Positions 12,889 to 25,727 of a stretch of 64,000 nt of DNA are shown one piece after another. Position 1 is the first letter of the stretch; the number at the start of each line of letters is the position of its first letter. The notes beneath the pieces are model-generated. The model worked only from the letters and a program-made list of their open reading frames with translations. It was not told where the DNA came from and ran no database searches. Position numbers and translations under genes: made by a program. This stretch comes from the human T2T-CHM13v2.0 reference genome, Homo sapiens: NCBI RefSeq assembly GCF_009914755.1, contig NC_060938.1; one strand, given 5' to 3'.

Positions 12889-14949
12889 GCCACTCCTATT
12901 CAACATAGTATTGGAAGTTCTGGCCAGGGCAATCTGGCAAGAGAAAGAAAGAAAGTGTATTCAGATAGGAAGGGAAGAAGTAATATTGTCTTTTTTTGCA
13001 GATGACGTGATCCTATATCGAGAAAACCTCATTGTCTCAGCCCAAAAGCTCCTTAAGTGGATAAGCAACTTCAACAAAGTCTCAGAATACTGAATCAACG
13101 TGCAGAAGTCATAAGCATTCCTATACCCCAAAACAGACAAGCAGAGAGCCAAATGATGAATGAACTCCCATTGACAATTGCTACAAAGAGAATAAAATCC
13201 TAGAATACAGCTAACAAGGAAAGTGAAGGGTCTCTTCAAGGTAAACTACAAACCACTGCTCAAGGAAACCAGAGAGGACACAAACAAATGGAAAAATATT
13301 CCATGTTCATGGATAGGAAGAATCAATATCATAAAAATGGCCATACTGCCCACAGTAATTTATAGATTCAATGCTATTCCCATTAAACTACCATTGATAT
13401 TCTTCAAGGAATTAAAAAAAAACTATTTTAAAATCTGTATGGAACCAAAAAACAGCCCATATAGCCAAGACAACCCTAAGCAAAAAGAACAAAGCTGTAG
13501 TCATCATGCTATGGGACTTCAAACTATGCTATAAGGCTCAGTAACCAAAACAGCATGATACTGGTTGAAAAACAGATATATAGACCAATAGAACAGAATA
13601 GAGAACTCAGAAATAAGATTGCCCATCTACAACCATCAAAACAAGCAAAAACCAGACAAAACAAGCAATGGGGAAAAGGGTTCCCTATTTAATAAATGGT
13701 GCTGGGACAACTGGCTATCCATATGCAGAAAAGTGAAACTGGAACTCTTCCTCACAACTTATACAAAAATTAACTGAAGATGAATTAAAGACTTGAATGT
13801 AAAACCCTAAACTATAAAAACCCTAGAAGAAAATCTAGATGTACGTGCATTCAGGACATTGGCATGGGCAAATATTTCATGATGAAATCACCAAAAGCAA
13901 TTACAACAAAAGCAAAAATTGACAAATGGGATCTAATTAAACAAAAGAGCTTCTGCACAGCAAAAGGAACTATCATCAGAGTGAACAGGGTATCTATAGA
14001 ATGGGAGAAAATGTTTGCAATCTATGAATCTGACAAAGGGCTAATATCCAGAATCTACAAGGAACTCAAACAAGTTTACAAGTAAAAAACAAACAACCCC
14101 ATTAAAAAGTGGGCAAAGGACATTAACAGACACTTCTCAAAAGAACACATTCATGCAGCCAACAAACATATTTTAAAAAGCTCAACATCACTGATCATTA
14201 GAGAAATGCAAATCAAAACCACAGTGAGATGCCATCTCACCCCAGTCAGAACGACCATTATTAAAAAGTTAAGAAACAACAGTTCCTGGACAGATTGTGG
14301 AGAAATAGGAGCACTTTTAGACTGTTGGTGGGAGTTTAAATTAGTTCAACAATCGTGGAAGACAGTGTGGCATTTCCTCATAAATCTAGAAAAAGAAATA
14401 CCATTTGACCCAGCAATCCCATTTCTGGTTATATACCCAAAGTAATATAAATCATTCTATGACAAAGATACATGCATGCATATATTCATTGTAGCACTAT
14501 TCACAATAACAAAAACATGGAATCAACCCAAATGCCCATCAACAATAGGCTGGATAAAGAAAATGTAGTACATATACAGCATGGGATACTATGCATTCAT
14601 AAAAAGGAATGAGTTCATATCCTTTGCAGGGATGTGGATGAAGCTGGAAGCTGTTATCCTCAGCAAACTAATGCAGGAACAGAAAACCAAACACCGCGTG
14701 TTCTCACTTACAAGTGGGAGCTGAAGAATGAGAACACACGGACACAGGGTGGGGAACAACACATAGTGGGTGGGGCCTGTCGGGGGGGTTGGGGGAGGGA
14801 GAGCATTGGGAAAAATAGCTAATTCATGCTGGGCTTAATACCTAGGTGATCGGTTGATAGATGCAGCAAACCACCATGGCACACGTTTACCTGTGCAACA
14901 AACCTGCACATCCTGCACATGTACCCCAGAACTAAAAATAAAAATGAGA

Positions 14950-15203
14950 AAAACATTCCATGCTAATGGACTAAAAGAGTAGCTATCATAGAAATAGCCA
15001 TACTCCCCAAAGCAATTTACAGATTCAATGTTATTCCTATCAAACAATGTCATTCTTCACAGAATTAGAAAAAACTATTCTAAAACGTATATGGAAGCAA
15101 AAAGAGCCTGAATAGCCTAAGCAATCCTAAAAAAGAACAAAGCCAGAGGCATAACACTACTCAACTTCAAACTATACTATAAAGCCACAGGAACCAAAAC
15201 AGC
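14950..15203 (+). mobile_element. Inverted ORF2 segment of the twin-primed L1, part 2
   Basis: Resumes 'aaaacattccatgct..' exactly where 8315 stopped. Ends 'accaaaacagc'. Confidence 0.85.
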
Positions 15204-15439
15204 TTGCTCTCTTTTCTTATCCTACTTTTCTTTACTATTACATTAGTAAATACAAACTACTTACTCATAAAGGTTCTCATAAAGGATGTAGAAAGTCATC
15301 TAGTCAAATAATAAATGCCTTTGAGAGGAAATGTGTGAACCTATTCTATGTAATCTCTATGAGTGATCATGAACAGGACACAGCAAATGTTTCTTATATG
15401 TTTCCCCTGCTTTATATTCACAAAGATATTGTAAGAATT

Positions 15440-16080
15440 CAAGTGCATAGTATACTCTACATTCACTATTTCAATGGCTTTCTTATTGGTCTCTTTGCCA
15501 TTATTTTCTCTTACCCTAAATTTAGCCCATATGCTGATGACATCATACATTTTTCTAAAGGGGTGACATTCAGTTTTTCAACAAGGAAGTCTAAACTCCT
15601 CGACTAACATTCAATAATCTACATGAGTTGCCACCACCCTGGTGTTCATGTCTTACTTTTTACTATTATACTTGGTATACAGTATACTCCAGAGGAAGAT
15701 GAGTTTGGTTAGGCTGAAAATATGCTTAATTTTCCAGTCACTATCCTGTACTTAAGCATTTCTCTCTACTGGAAATGATTCTTTCTTCAATTTCATGATC
15801 TCTCCTTTTTAAAAGCTTTTAAAATAATCACACCTAGCTCGAATGATTAATTCTCCTGTAAACGTTCCTTGATAGCTTATAATCACTATACTTTTCCTTC
15901 ACTTGGGGGTTTCCTCAGGATATTTTGTTCTTTTTATTAAAATATTTTATTCTTAAGGCTAATCTTCTCTACTGGATATTAAGCTTCCTGGAGTAGATCC
16001 AGAATCTTAATTTTTCTCCAAATCACAGTAACTAGCAAAGTATCTGGAATATAGTAGGCCTTTGATATACATTTATTTTC
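15440..16080 (+). mobile_element. L2 3' fragment
   Basis: L2 3'-end motif 'aagcttcctggag..ctagcaaagtatctggaatatagtaggc'. Confidence 0.55.
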
Positions 16081-16964
16081 ATTAAAGATTATAATAATAT
16101 ATATTTATGTGTATCAAATAGTAAATCAAAGTAAATAATACTTATATTTCTGAGTGTTATTTCATAAGAGCAAGTATCACTTCATATTTAAAATATAAAT
16201 TTGTTTCCTCCTGAGATAAACATGAAAAGTACCATTGTTAGGAAATATAAAAATAGTATAAGACATAGGAAATAAAAGAATTATATTTTAAAATTAATAA
16301 CATGATGAATATGTACTATAAACATATGCTATTACTTGATGATTATATCTTATTTAAACTAAATCCAATTAAAATTAAGTGGTACTCCTTATTTCAAAAC
16401 AGTAAAGGATTAGAATTAGGTTTCAGATTACATTTAAAATTATGTTATTATGTTTAATATTTTGAAATGGCAAAAGTGTTTTGTATTTGGATACTTTTTT
16501 CTATTATCTCTATGATGCTTGATGTAGTAATCCCATGCTTATCATTTTTTCTCTGTATTAGCATTATTTATGATTATATGATTTTTGTTTGCTCGTATTT
16601 AAGCTCCATCATTAAAACATGTTCACTTAAGTTCTTCACTTTGCTTCTATTTTTTGGTGCATGTGTACATCATTTTGCTTCTATTTTGTGAATGCATATG
16701 TACCTCATTTACCTCAATTGATTTTTAGGAGGCAAGATAAATTAGTAGTTGGCGAGAAAATTTATATCAGCACAAACATGCACAACTATGAGGGCAAGAA
16801 CAAGATAAATTTTATGGAAATAAATTTCCATAAAAGAGAGCAGAAGAGAGAAACAGAGTGATATTAAAGACAGGTCAGAGTAAAAATGCACTTCAGGGTT
16901 ACTGGCTCAAGAGAAGATATGAAGGTAGCAATATAGATTGCTAAGAGCAAATAATGCAAAGGCT

Positions 16965-17130
16965 GATTGACAGGTTAAATTCCAGTTCTGGTACGTACTA
17001 CAGGTAGGATCTTTGGCAGGTTACTTAGTATCTCTATTCCTTAGTTCTTCTGGTAAAGTATAATGATAGTGGTTACTCAGCAGGGTTGTGTTATTAAATT
17101 AGTTGATTTACATTAAGCACTTTGAACTTA
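16965..17130 (+). mobile_element. MIR
   Basis: MIR core-like 'ggttaaattccagttctg..ttggcaggttactta..cagggttgtgtt..attaagcactt'. Confidence 0.6.
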
Positions 17131-17299
17131 CCAGTTGTATGTAAATGATACATGTTATTATGTCATAAAAACTTCAAATATCCAGAGATAATAGAATAAT
17201 AATGATAATAATATGGTATAATATCTAACCCTTTTTATAGAACTGACTCTGCTATGCACTGGACACATTATTACCTCCTTTAATTTCTTCAATTACTCT

Positions 17300-17952
17300 C
17301 TGGGTGCCAACAGGAAAATAATGGCATATTTTAAACAAATGATATAAGGACAGTTGAATCTACCTCAAGAAGGGCACTGATAGCATGGGGCTAGCATAGT
17401 GGAAGTCTTTTACCATCCCTAGACCTGAAGGGGCAAATGAAAGGAGGAATTAATGGAAGCTATAGTTATATGAATTGTTGCCAACCAGAAGCTATAGCCC
17501 TTGATTGGTGAATGCAGCCAATGTACAGTAACCTGGCAAGAAGAAAGGAGAATAAATACTCTTACTTCACACTCCACCTTCTCTGGTCTCTGACTGCTTC
17601 CAGAATGGGTAAAAGAGGGCAAGAAAAGATGTGACTACAATAGTCTGGGACCCAAACAGATTAAAGTATGAGATATTTCATAGCATAAGCAGTATATTAT
17701 TAATCATATTTCCTAGTACATAATACATGCTCAATAAGAAGTTATTGCATTAATTTAACTGAAGACTGAACTAGAATTATCTGAGTGAAATTGCACAGGA
17801 TCTAGGAGATCCTTCATCTCTGGTCCAGTTGGAAGCTATCAGGCACGAGAACTCAATGATTCCATTCATATGAATAGACCCTCCAGAGCGCAGAACAGAC
17901 CGGAACTAGGTTCAGAGGGGAATCTGGTGGGCAAATATAAGATACACAGCAC
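17300..17952 (-). mobile_element. LTR33-like (ERVL) solo LTR, interrupted by the 219-bp insert
   Basis: 'ggggctagca..taccatccctagacctgaaggggcaa' and terminus 'gaatctggtgggcaaatataagatacacagcaca' match the reverse complement of the recalled LTR33 consensus. Confidence 0.7.
17592..17810. repeat. 219-bp inverted repeat, left arm (derived copy)
   Basis: Exact reverse complement of 19104-19322. Confidence 0.97.
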
Positions 17953-17954
17953 AA

Positions 17955-18127
17955 AGCCTTATGAAATAGGAACTACTGTTCTACTCAGGTACAGATGAAG
18001 AAACTGAGGATCAGGAAGTTTAAGTGATTTGATCAGTGCCACAACTACTAAACCAGTGGTAGACTCAAGGTTTGCACCCAGACAGTCTGGCTCTGAGACA
18101 ATGGTCTTAAACACTGTACCATGCTGC
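17955..18127 (-). mobile_element. MIR
   Basis: 'acagatgaagaaactgagg..gtttaagtgatttg..cccagacagtctggctc'. Confidence 0.7.
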
Positions 18128-18416
18128 AAAGTGTATGTTTACTAGAGGTTACACTCAGCAAAAGCAGAAATCAAATGAAGCCACACCCATTTTTCTGAGA
18201 ACAGTAATTTTAGAAGATAGAGAAAGTCATGAGAAAGGTATTGCTGCTATATTTTATTTAAACTGACCAGGAGTAATTGATTGAGGAAGTAGAAGTTTTA
18301 GGAAATGGGAGTTTTGAAGTTCATAAAAATCTTTAAATGTAATATAGAGCAGAGTGGTTGTAACCTCTGAGTGGTAAATAATTTTGTCTAGGGATAGAAG
18401 GCTTTATATAAATTGT

Positions 18417-18548
18417 AAATTTACATAAAATTGTCAGAAGGAGGAATAATGGGAATAATATTTATAGAGGTAGACATAAACATTATAAGCACAAACTGTT
18501 GAAAAAGAGTACTCATTTTGAATGATATAAGCTACTTTATATTTGAGT
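18417..18548. repeat. 132-bp direct repeat, copy 1 (of 19363-19495)
   Basis: About 94% identical: 7 substitutions and 1 indel counted by eye. Confidence 0.95.
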
Positions 18549-18739
18549 AAAACCTTAAAAGTGCTAAACAGGGAAACAAGGCATGTTCATACTTTGGACT
18601 TGGTACAGGAAGAAAAACTTGGGAGAGAAAGTTGTATAGCTTGAAGAAATCTATTATATTATTTGAGATTAAGTTCCCATTTTCTTCTAACTTCTCTGTT
18701 AGGAACTCACAGTCTGAAACGAATCATGATAACAGGGGA

Positions 18740-18830
18740 ATGAATCCCAAGACAGTTAAGGAGATTGCTCAACAGAATTGAGCCATATTAAATGGATTTA
18801 AATCCCCAGCTCCAGATAAATTAACATTGT
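18740..18830 (+). mobile_element. CR1/L3 fragment
   Basis: Translates 'AILNGFKSPAPDKL', resembling the CR1 KSPGPD motif. Confidence 0.4.
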
Positions 18831-19103
18831 AAGGACATTTCTACAATCTTAAACTTTTTCCAACTCCATGAAGGATATTTTAACACAATAAAGGCGTCTA
18901 ATTTTTAACATTTCAAAATAAAAATAGTTCATCTTCCATCCACAAATGTGCTCCGATTTCTCTTTTTTAAAACCTAGTCTCTTAGTTCACATGATTCTCC
19001 CAGTCATGTGTTCCTCCTTGTATCAGCTGTCTTTCCCATTTGATGAATCTGTATGGCCAATCAAGTGTCAGATAGTGCTAGCAAGCCTTCCACCATTTCT
19101 TAA

Positions 19104-19322
19104 ATCTCCTAGATCCTGTGCAATTTCACTCAGATAATTCTAGTTCAGTCTTCAGTTAAATTAATGCAATAACTTCTTATTGAGCATGTATTATGTACTA
19201 GGAAATATGATTAATAATATACTGCTTATGCTATGAAATATCTCATACTTTAATCTGTTTGGGTCCCAGACTATTGTAGTCACATCTTTTCTTGCCCTCT
19301 TTTACCCATTCTGGAAGCAGTC
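19104..19322. repeat. 219-bp inverted repeat, right arm (probable donor)
   Basis: Exact reverse complement of 17592-17810. Confidence 0.97.
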
Positions 19323-19362
19323 TGAATTATCCTGGAGATAAGAATGCAAGAAGAATGTCATC

Positions 19363-19495
19363 AAATTTACATAAAAATTGTCAGAAGGAGGGATAATGGG
19401 AATAATATTTATAGAGGTAGACATAAACATTATATGTACAAACTGTTGAAAAAGGATGCTCATTTTGAATGATATAAGGTACTTTATATTTGAGT
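19363..19495. repeat. 133-bp direct repeat, copy 2
   Basis: See 18417-18548. Confidence 0.95.
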
Positions 19496-21316
19496 GAAAT
19501 ATAGTCCAAGATAAAGATCTGATCATGTCATATCCTAACCATCTTTGCAGGTATCTCTCTTAAATCACCAAAGTTCCATTATGGCTAAATAAATAGCATG
19601 AAACTTGTTCTAATGTTTCTTATTTTCTCAATGGGAAGTTCTTGGGAGAGGTGGTGAATAGAGAAAAAGAAAAGTACCTTCTCTTGTAGGAAAATCTCTG
19701 AACTCTGAATATGCTACACTGATAGGTGATGAGAAAAGAGAAGCTCTAAGAAACTCTTCATAAGGCTAAAATCTGGTTTATGAATTTGGACAAACATGTA
19801 TTTTTTCTAATTATTTTAAGGTTTATGATTTTAAAAGTTTTACAGAAGAAAGTGGGACTATAACCTTCAAACATCAATTATGCAACATTTAATAGGATTT
19901 TTTATGCTCACTTGTCTTTTAAGAATACATAAAACAGAGGGAAAATAAAATAGCAAATTGCTGTGTTATAGGCTAAACTATAAAAAGAATAAATGCTTAA
20001 GTAGTTTCTTTCCTAGCACTGCTAAAACTGCTCTTAAATTCTATAATGAAGTTATGATTTTATAAATTTAACTACTCTAATGATATTAATGATATTAGAT
20101 CCAGCCACTTCCATCATTTCTATTTAACCTTTCCTAATTTAAAGAAATAAGAGGGAAGAGAAGATATACAGTGCTGGACATGAGGGTGTTGATTTAAAGG
20201 ACTATTATTGTCTCTCAAAAATAAGTATTTCTCTCCCAAGCAGTGCCCAGATAAGGCAATTCTAATTATTACAATCCATTAGATTTAATAATTTTACACA
20301 CAACAGAATGAGACAGTTAAAATGTCTTTTCACAGATAAGGAAATTGAGGTTTATCTCAATAAATATATCAAAAAAATTATCTTGATAGAACTGAAATAA
20401 GTTGCCCAGGGTCACATTGCTATTAAGAGCTCAAGCTGAAAGTTAAACCACAGTTTTTTTTTTTTGTCATATTATACATTCCAAGATCTTTTCATTTTGT
20501 ACCATTCTTCCAATCAATATTTTTACTAGACTATTTATCACTGCAAATATTCCAAATCTAATTACATAAGCACTCAGGGGTGAGTTAAATTTTGGCCTCT
20601 AATTGCTGTTCATTGGGAATGTGGTAATTTTCCCTCAAGAATTGGATTGATTTATCTTCTTCAGTCTTTCCCCTTGGCTTGTTTCAAAGTGCTAAAATGC
20701 TGCTTCCACAAATATCTCACTGTCCTATTATCACCGGTATTTCTAAGACTTTCTTACACCAGCAACATATTCTTTCAGACTCATTTTTTCTTGACTTCCA
20801 TTTCTTCTGAATAATCTTTTTTCTATGTTTCTTTCATTTTCTCCACACAGCCTATGATTCACTTTCATTTCTTGTTTTCCATTCTACAACCATTTGCTCC
20901 TACTATTACTTTGCTTCCTGTAGTGGTATTTTATTTTCTGTTTCCAGTCGTCATGTAAAGGATCATTTCTTTTGCTTTAAAGACCTCAACGTTTAGAGTG
21001 AAACATCTTATTCCCGAGTAAGCCCCATGAGGAAAACAAATACTCTTGAAAACATCACAAATGTCTTCACTGTGAATCTTTTTCTCCTCAAATTTAAACC
21101 ACCTTCTGCTCAAAAGAACATTTACATAAGTATCTCAAAGATTGTTAGAAAGAATGCCAACATGATGAATTAGTAAATTTGACTTATAATCTTCCACTGC
21201 TCACCCACATTTACATGTGTTCACCTTACATTAAACTACATGACTCTTCATGATATAAATTATTTGGTTTACCTTGGTAATTAGGTTTAGAAAATAATAC
21301 AGTGCTATTAAATAAT

Positions 21317-21736
21317 TGTTGTAGTTTGAATGTGTACCCTCCAAAATTTATGTGTTGAAACTTAACCCCTATCGTGGTGGTGTTAAGAGGTAGGGACTTT
21401 TGGGAAGTGATTAAGTCATCAGGGTAGTGTCTTCATGAAATAATTAGCGCCTTACAAAGGGGCTGGAGGGAAGTAATTAGGCCCTTTTTGTTCTTAGACT
21501 TTCTTACCATGAGAAGATACAGCATTTGTCCTCTTTTGCCCTTTCCCTCCCTTCTGCCATGTGAGAACATGCAGATAGCACCACCTATGAGCAATAGGAC
21601 TTTACCAGACATCAAACCTGCTGGTGCCTTCATCTTGGACTTGCCAGCCTCCGTAACTGTGAGGAATACATTACTGTTATTTATAAGTTACCCAGCATTA
21701 GATATTTTGTTATAGCAGCACAAATGGACTAAAACA
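21317..21736 (+). mobile_element. MaLR solo LTR (MST/MLT1A-like)
   Basis: TG..CA termini. 'catcttggacttgccagcctcc..aactgtgag', 'ttgttatagcagcacaaatggactaa'. Flanks ataat/atact. Confidence 0.85.
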
Positions 21737-21799
21737 ATACTATTTTGTTTTCAATAACTAAAATCCATTTAAGACTTCACTATTGATAAACCAAGAATA

Positions 21800-22745
21800 A
21801 TTTTTATTATTTTTAATTTTAATTTTTTGTAAAGTTTAGATTCAGAGGTTATATGTATGGTTTTGTTACATAGCTATATTGTGTGATGTTGAGGTTTGGG
21901 TTTCTATTGATCCTATCACCCAAATAGTGAACATATTATCCAATAGGCGGTTTTTCAACTTTGTCCTTTCCCTCTCTCTCCCCTTGTAGAGTCCCCACTA
22001 TCTATTGCCTTGCATCTTTATGGCCATGTGTACTCAATATTTAGCTCCTACTTATAAGTGAGAACACGCAGTATTTCCTATGTTAATTCACTTAGGATAA
22101 TGGTCTCCAGCTGCATCAATGTAGCTGTAAATGACATGATTTCATTCTTTTTTATGGCTGTCTAGTATTCCATGATATGTATGTGCCACATCCACATTTT
22201 CTTTATCCAATCCACCATTGAGGGGCACCTAAGTTGATTCTGTGACTTTGCTATTGTGGATAGTGCTGCAATCAACATATGAATACAGGTGTCTCTTTGG
22301 TAGAACAATGTATTTTCCTTTAGGTATATATCCATTACAGGGATTGCTAAAAATAGAATGGTAGTTTTGTTCTTAATTATTTGAGAAATCGCCAACCTAC
22401 TTTCCACAGTGGCTGAACTAATTTACATTTCCACCAACAGTGAATAGGCATTCCCTTTTCTCCACAACCTCACCAATATCTGTTATTCTTAAACTTTTTA
22501 ATAATAACCATTCTGACTGGTGTGAGATAGTATTATATGGTGCTTTAAATTTGTATTTCTCTGATGATAAGTGATGTTGAGCATTTTTTCATATATTTGT
22601 TGGTCATTTGTATGTCTTCTTTAGATAGGATTATGTTCATGTCTTTTACCCACTTTTTAATATTTTTTTCTTGTTGATTTATGTTTCTTATAGATACTGT
22701 ATATTAGACCTTGTGGGATGCATAATTTGTGAATATTTTCTCCCA
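21800..22745 (-). mobile_element. 5'-truncated old L1PA (PA16/17-like)
   Basis: Antisense 3'UTR and ORF2 end. ORF 22162-22407 contains 'CPSMVDWIKKMW'. Confidence 0.9.
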
Positions 22746-23956
22746 AGTACAGATTTTAAATAACTAGATTTCTTAACCTGAGTGCTTATATTATTTGAAT
22801 TGCTTGCTCTTTCACCTTTTTTGCTCATTTGTTCTCTGAAAAGACGCTAGAATAAGTATTATTCTAGGGATAGAACATAATAAATATTTCCTAATTATTT
22901 CCTCTTTGATACAAATTATGCTTAGAACAAACCGATTCATATAATTTCTGTGAATTTTGAGAATATATACTAGGCAAAATAAGAATCATTGAAAACTGTA
23001 GAAATTCTAAAGGGTTTTCAGAAAGTTTGTTTGAATAAGCAAGTCCTGCTAAGTAACTCATCAAAATAAAAAGCATACTTAGTGTACCTTAGAAAATAAC
23101 GTAACTGATTTGGTCTTTTGCAAGGCCTGGGTGCAATAGGTATGAGTCTTTGTTTACATATTATCAACTTGTATCAATTCCAGAAGGCAGGCAGAGATGC
23201 CCTGAAAAAATTCTAAATCAGGAAATTAGAGGATAGCTTCTTTGGGTTATGGAAGATTTTAATTCAATCCTACCAAGATCACAATGTACTGAGATCTTAT
23301 GATAGTAATTAGAGTGTCTGGTGGAATCTTATTGCTGTTTAGAGACTATCTTGGTGTAGCTGATCCAATTCTCCTAAAATGGACAAGTAGTAGAGCAGCA
23401 AGGTTAGCTACTTTGATTATCACTTTCTAATCCTTTCACTATGGGTCTTGAGCAGCTACAATGCCAAGTCATCTGGTAGGAAGTGTATTTGATTTAACTG
23501 AAGGGAAGCTAGCAGGTAATCCTAGTTATTTTGCCTAGGGTGTAGGTCTACAGGACAAGGAGTAGTGGTCAGGCACTCAGGCATACAGAGATGAGGTGTG
23601 ACATTCAGCAAACCAAGTGATGCAGAAATCAAATTCCTATGAAAGTGATTCGTGGACCAACATTCTTTGCACAATCAAAGACTAATGTGGAAGTCTTGGC
23701 ACTCAGTAGTTTATAACTAGATATGAAGTGCATTATTGTTACATAGTAAATATAGCTTACATTTGAGTGCGTGTGTGTGTGTATTATAAATAATGACTTT
23801 TGCTCTAAGGCATCATACACATTCATTATTTCATCTAATACTTAAAACCACCTATGGAAAATGTTACTCTTATATTGAAGAGAGTAACAGGAGGTTACTG
23901 AAGTAACAAGAATGGAGTTGACACTTGGCCATATATTCCCAGGCGAAATCTTTATA

Positions 23957-24817
23957 CAGTTTGCCCTGGTTACTTATGGATTCCACATCTGTGGATTCAA
24001 CCAATGCAGATCAGAAATATTTGGATGAAATCCCAAATAATAATATAACAATGAAAAAGTATGAATTAAAAATACAGTATGTGTTGGGAACAGGCCCCAA
24101 AATCTGGCCATAAACTGGCCCCAAAACTGGCCATAAACAAAATCTCTGCAGCACTGTGACATGCTCGTGATGGCCTTGACACCCATGCTGGAAGGTTGTG
24201 GGTTTACTGGAATGAGGGCAAGGAACACCTGGACACCTGGCCCACCCATGGCGGAAAAGTGCTTAAGGCATTCTTAAACCACAAACAATAGCATGAGCGA
24301 TCTGTGCCTTAATGACATGCTCCTACTGCAGATAACTAGCCCAACCCATCCCTTTATTTCGGCCCATCACTTTATGTCCCATAAGGGATACTTTTAGTTA
24401 ATCTATAATCTATAGAAACAATGCTTATCACTGGCTTGCTGTCAATAAATATGTGGGTAAATCTCTGTTTGAGACTCTCGGCTCTGAAGGCTGTGAGAAC
24501 CCTGATTTCCCACTCCACACATGATATTTCTGTGTGTGTGTCTAATTCCTTTAGCACCGCTGGGTTAGGGTCTCCATGACCGAGCCTGGTCTCGGCAGTA
24601 TGAAAATGACTTACTCAGTATTTACATTGTGTTAGATATTATAAGAAATCTAGAGATGATTTAAAGTATACAGGAGCATATGTGTAGGTTATACTCAAAC
24701 TATGCCATTTAATATAAGAGACTTAAGCATCCATTGATTTTGGTACATGTGGGGGAAAATATCAAATTCCAATACAAATACTGGAACCAATCCCTCATGG
24801 ATATAGAGGGATGACTG
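23957..24817 (-). mobile_element. MER2 (TcMar-Tigger), split by an LTR
   Basis: TIRs 'cagtttgccctgg' / 'gagggatgactg', TA flanks, and MER2 body 'tctagagatgatttaaagtatac'. Confidence 0.85.
24082..24597 (+). mobile_element. MER9 solo LTR (ERVK, HERV-K9/HML-3)
   Basis: Starts 'tgttgggaacaggccccaaaatctggccataaactggcccc', ends 'ggtctcggca'. Perfect flanking gtatg (24077-24081 / 24598-24602). Confidence 0.85.
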
Positions 24818-25013
24818 TACTTGTTTTGTGTCCATTGCTAAGTTTATGTGTCCATAATTAAGTTTATGCCTTAATTTACACATGAAGTTTAGGAATATTT
24901 GTAGAAAGGGAACCACACAATCCTAACCTTGTAATTTGTTCCCAAGCAGAATAGATATGTTCTTATATTTGGATGCTCTAGGTCTGATGGGGCAGAAAAT
25001 TACATGGAAATCA

Positions 25014-25403
<390 letters not shown>

Positions 25404-25727
25404 AAAAATGGTGTTTTTCACAAGTAACTACTAAACGCTGATGCTGTGGTGCTGGAACTAGTGATATTTATCTACATATACATTGATTTGATATTTTGTG
25501 TGAAATGAGAAAAATAAATATGTTTAGTTTCTCTTAGGCTAGATTTATTACATATAAAGTACTATTCTTCAGCTTAATACATTTTCTGCACATCCAAGAA
25601 AAGTGAATTTAACTCCTCTTTTATAAAACAGGAATACAAAATACCAATATGTAATGAAAATAAGCTATTTTTTAAATAGTAGAGACTGTGCTGGGCACTG
25701 TACTTAGTTCTTTACAAGTACTACTCC

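Larger units (their letters stand above)
10731..14724 (+). pseudogene. L1 ORF2p remnant (endonuclease, reverse transcriptase, Cys-rich domain), fragmented
   Basis: EN 'LNIHAPNTGA', 'HGTYSKTDH'. Z-region '[13 protein letters not shown]'. RT 'FFADDVILY'. C-terminal 'CWWEFKLVQ'. Broken into many short ORFs. Confidence 0.95.
8317..14949 (+). mobile_element. Full-length decayed L1PA (about PA8-PA11)
   Basis: 5'UTR start 'ggtggagccaagacg', then ORF1, ORF2, and a 3'UTR with G-rich tract and A tail. TSD aaaacatt (8308-8315 / 14950-14957). Confidence 0.95.

Noticed and set aside
8317-14949. Full-length L1 as an active element
   Set aside because: Both ORFs have many stops and frameshifts, the YY1 site is mutated (ccaagacg) and CpGs are decayed.
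17592-19322. Inverted arms as TIRs of a DNA transposon
   Set aside because: The spacer contains the continuation of the LTR33 and MIR that begin outside the left arm, with no transposase and no outer TSD. It is not a mobilised unit.
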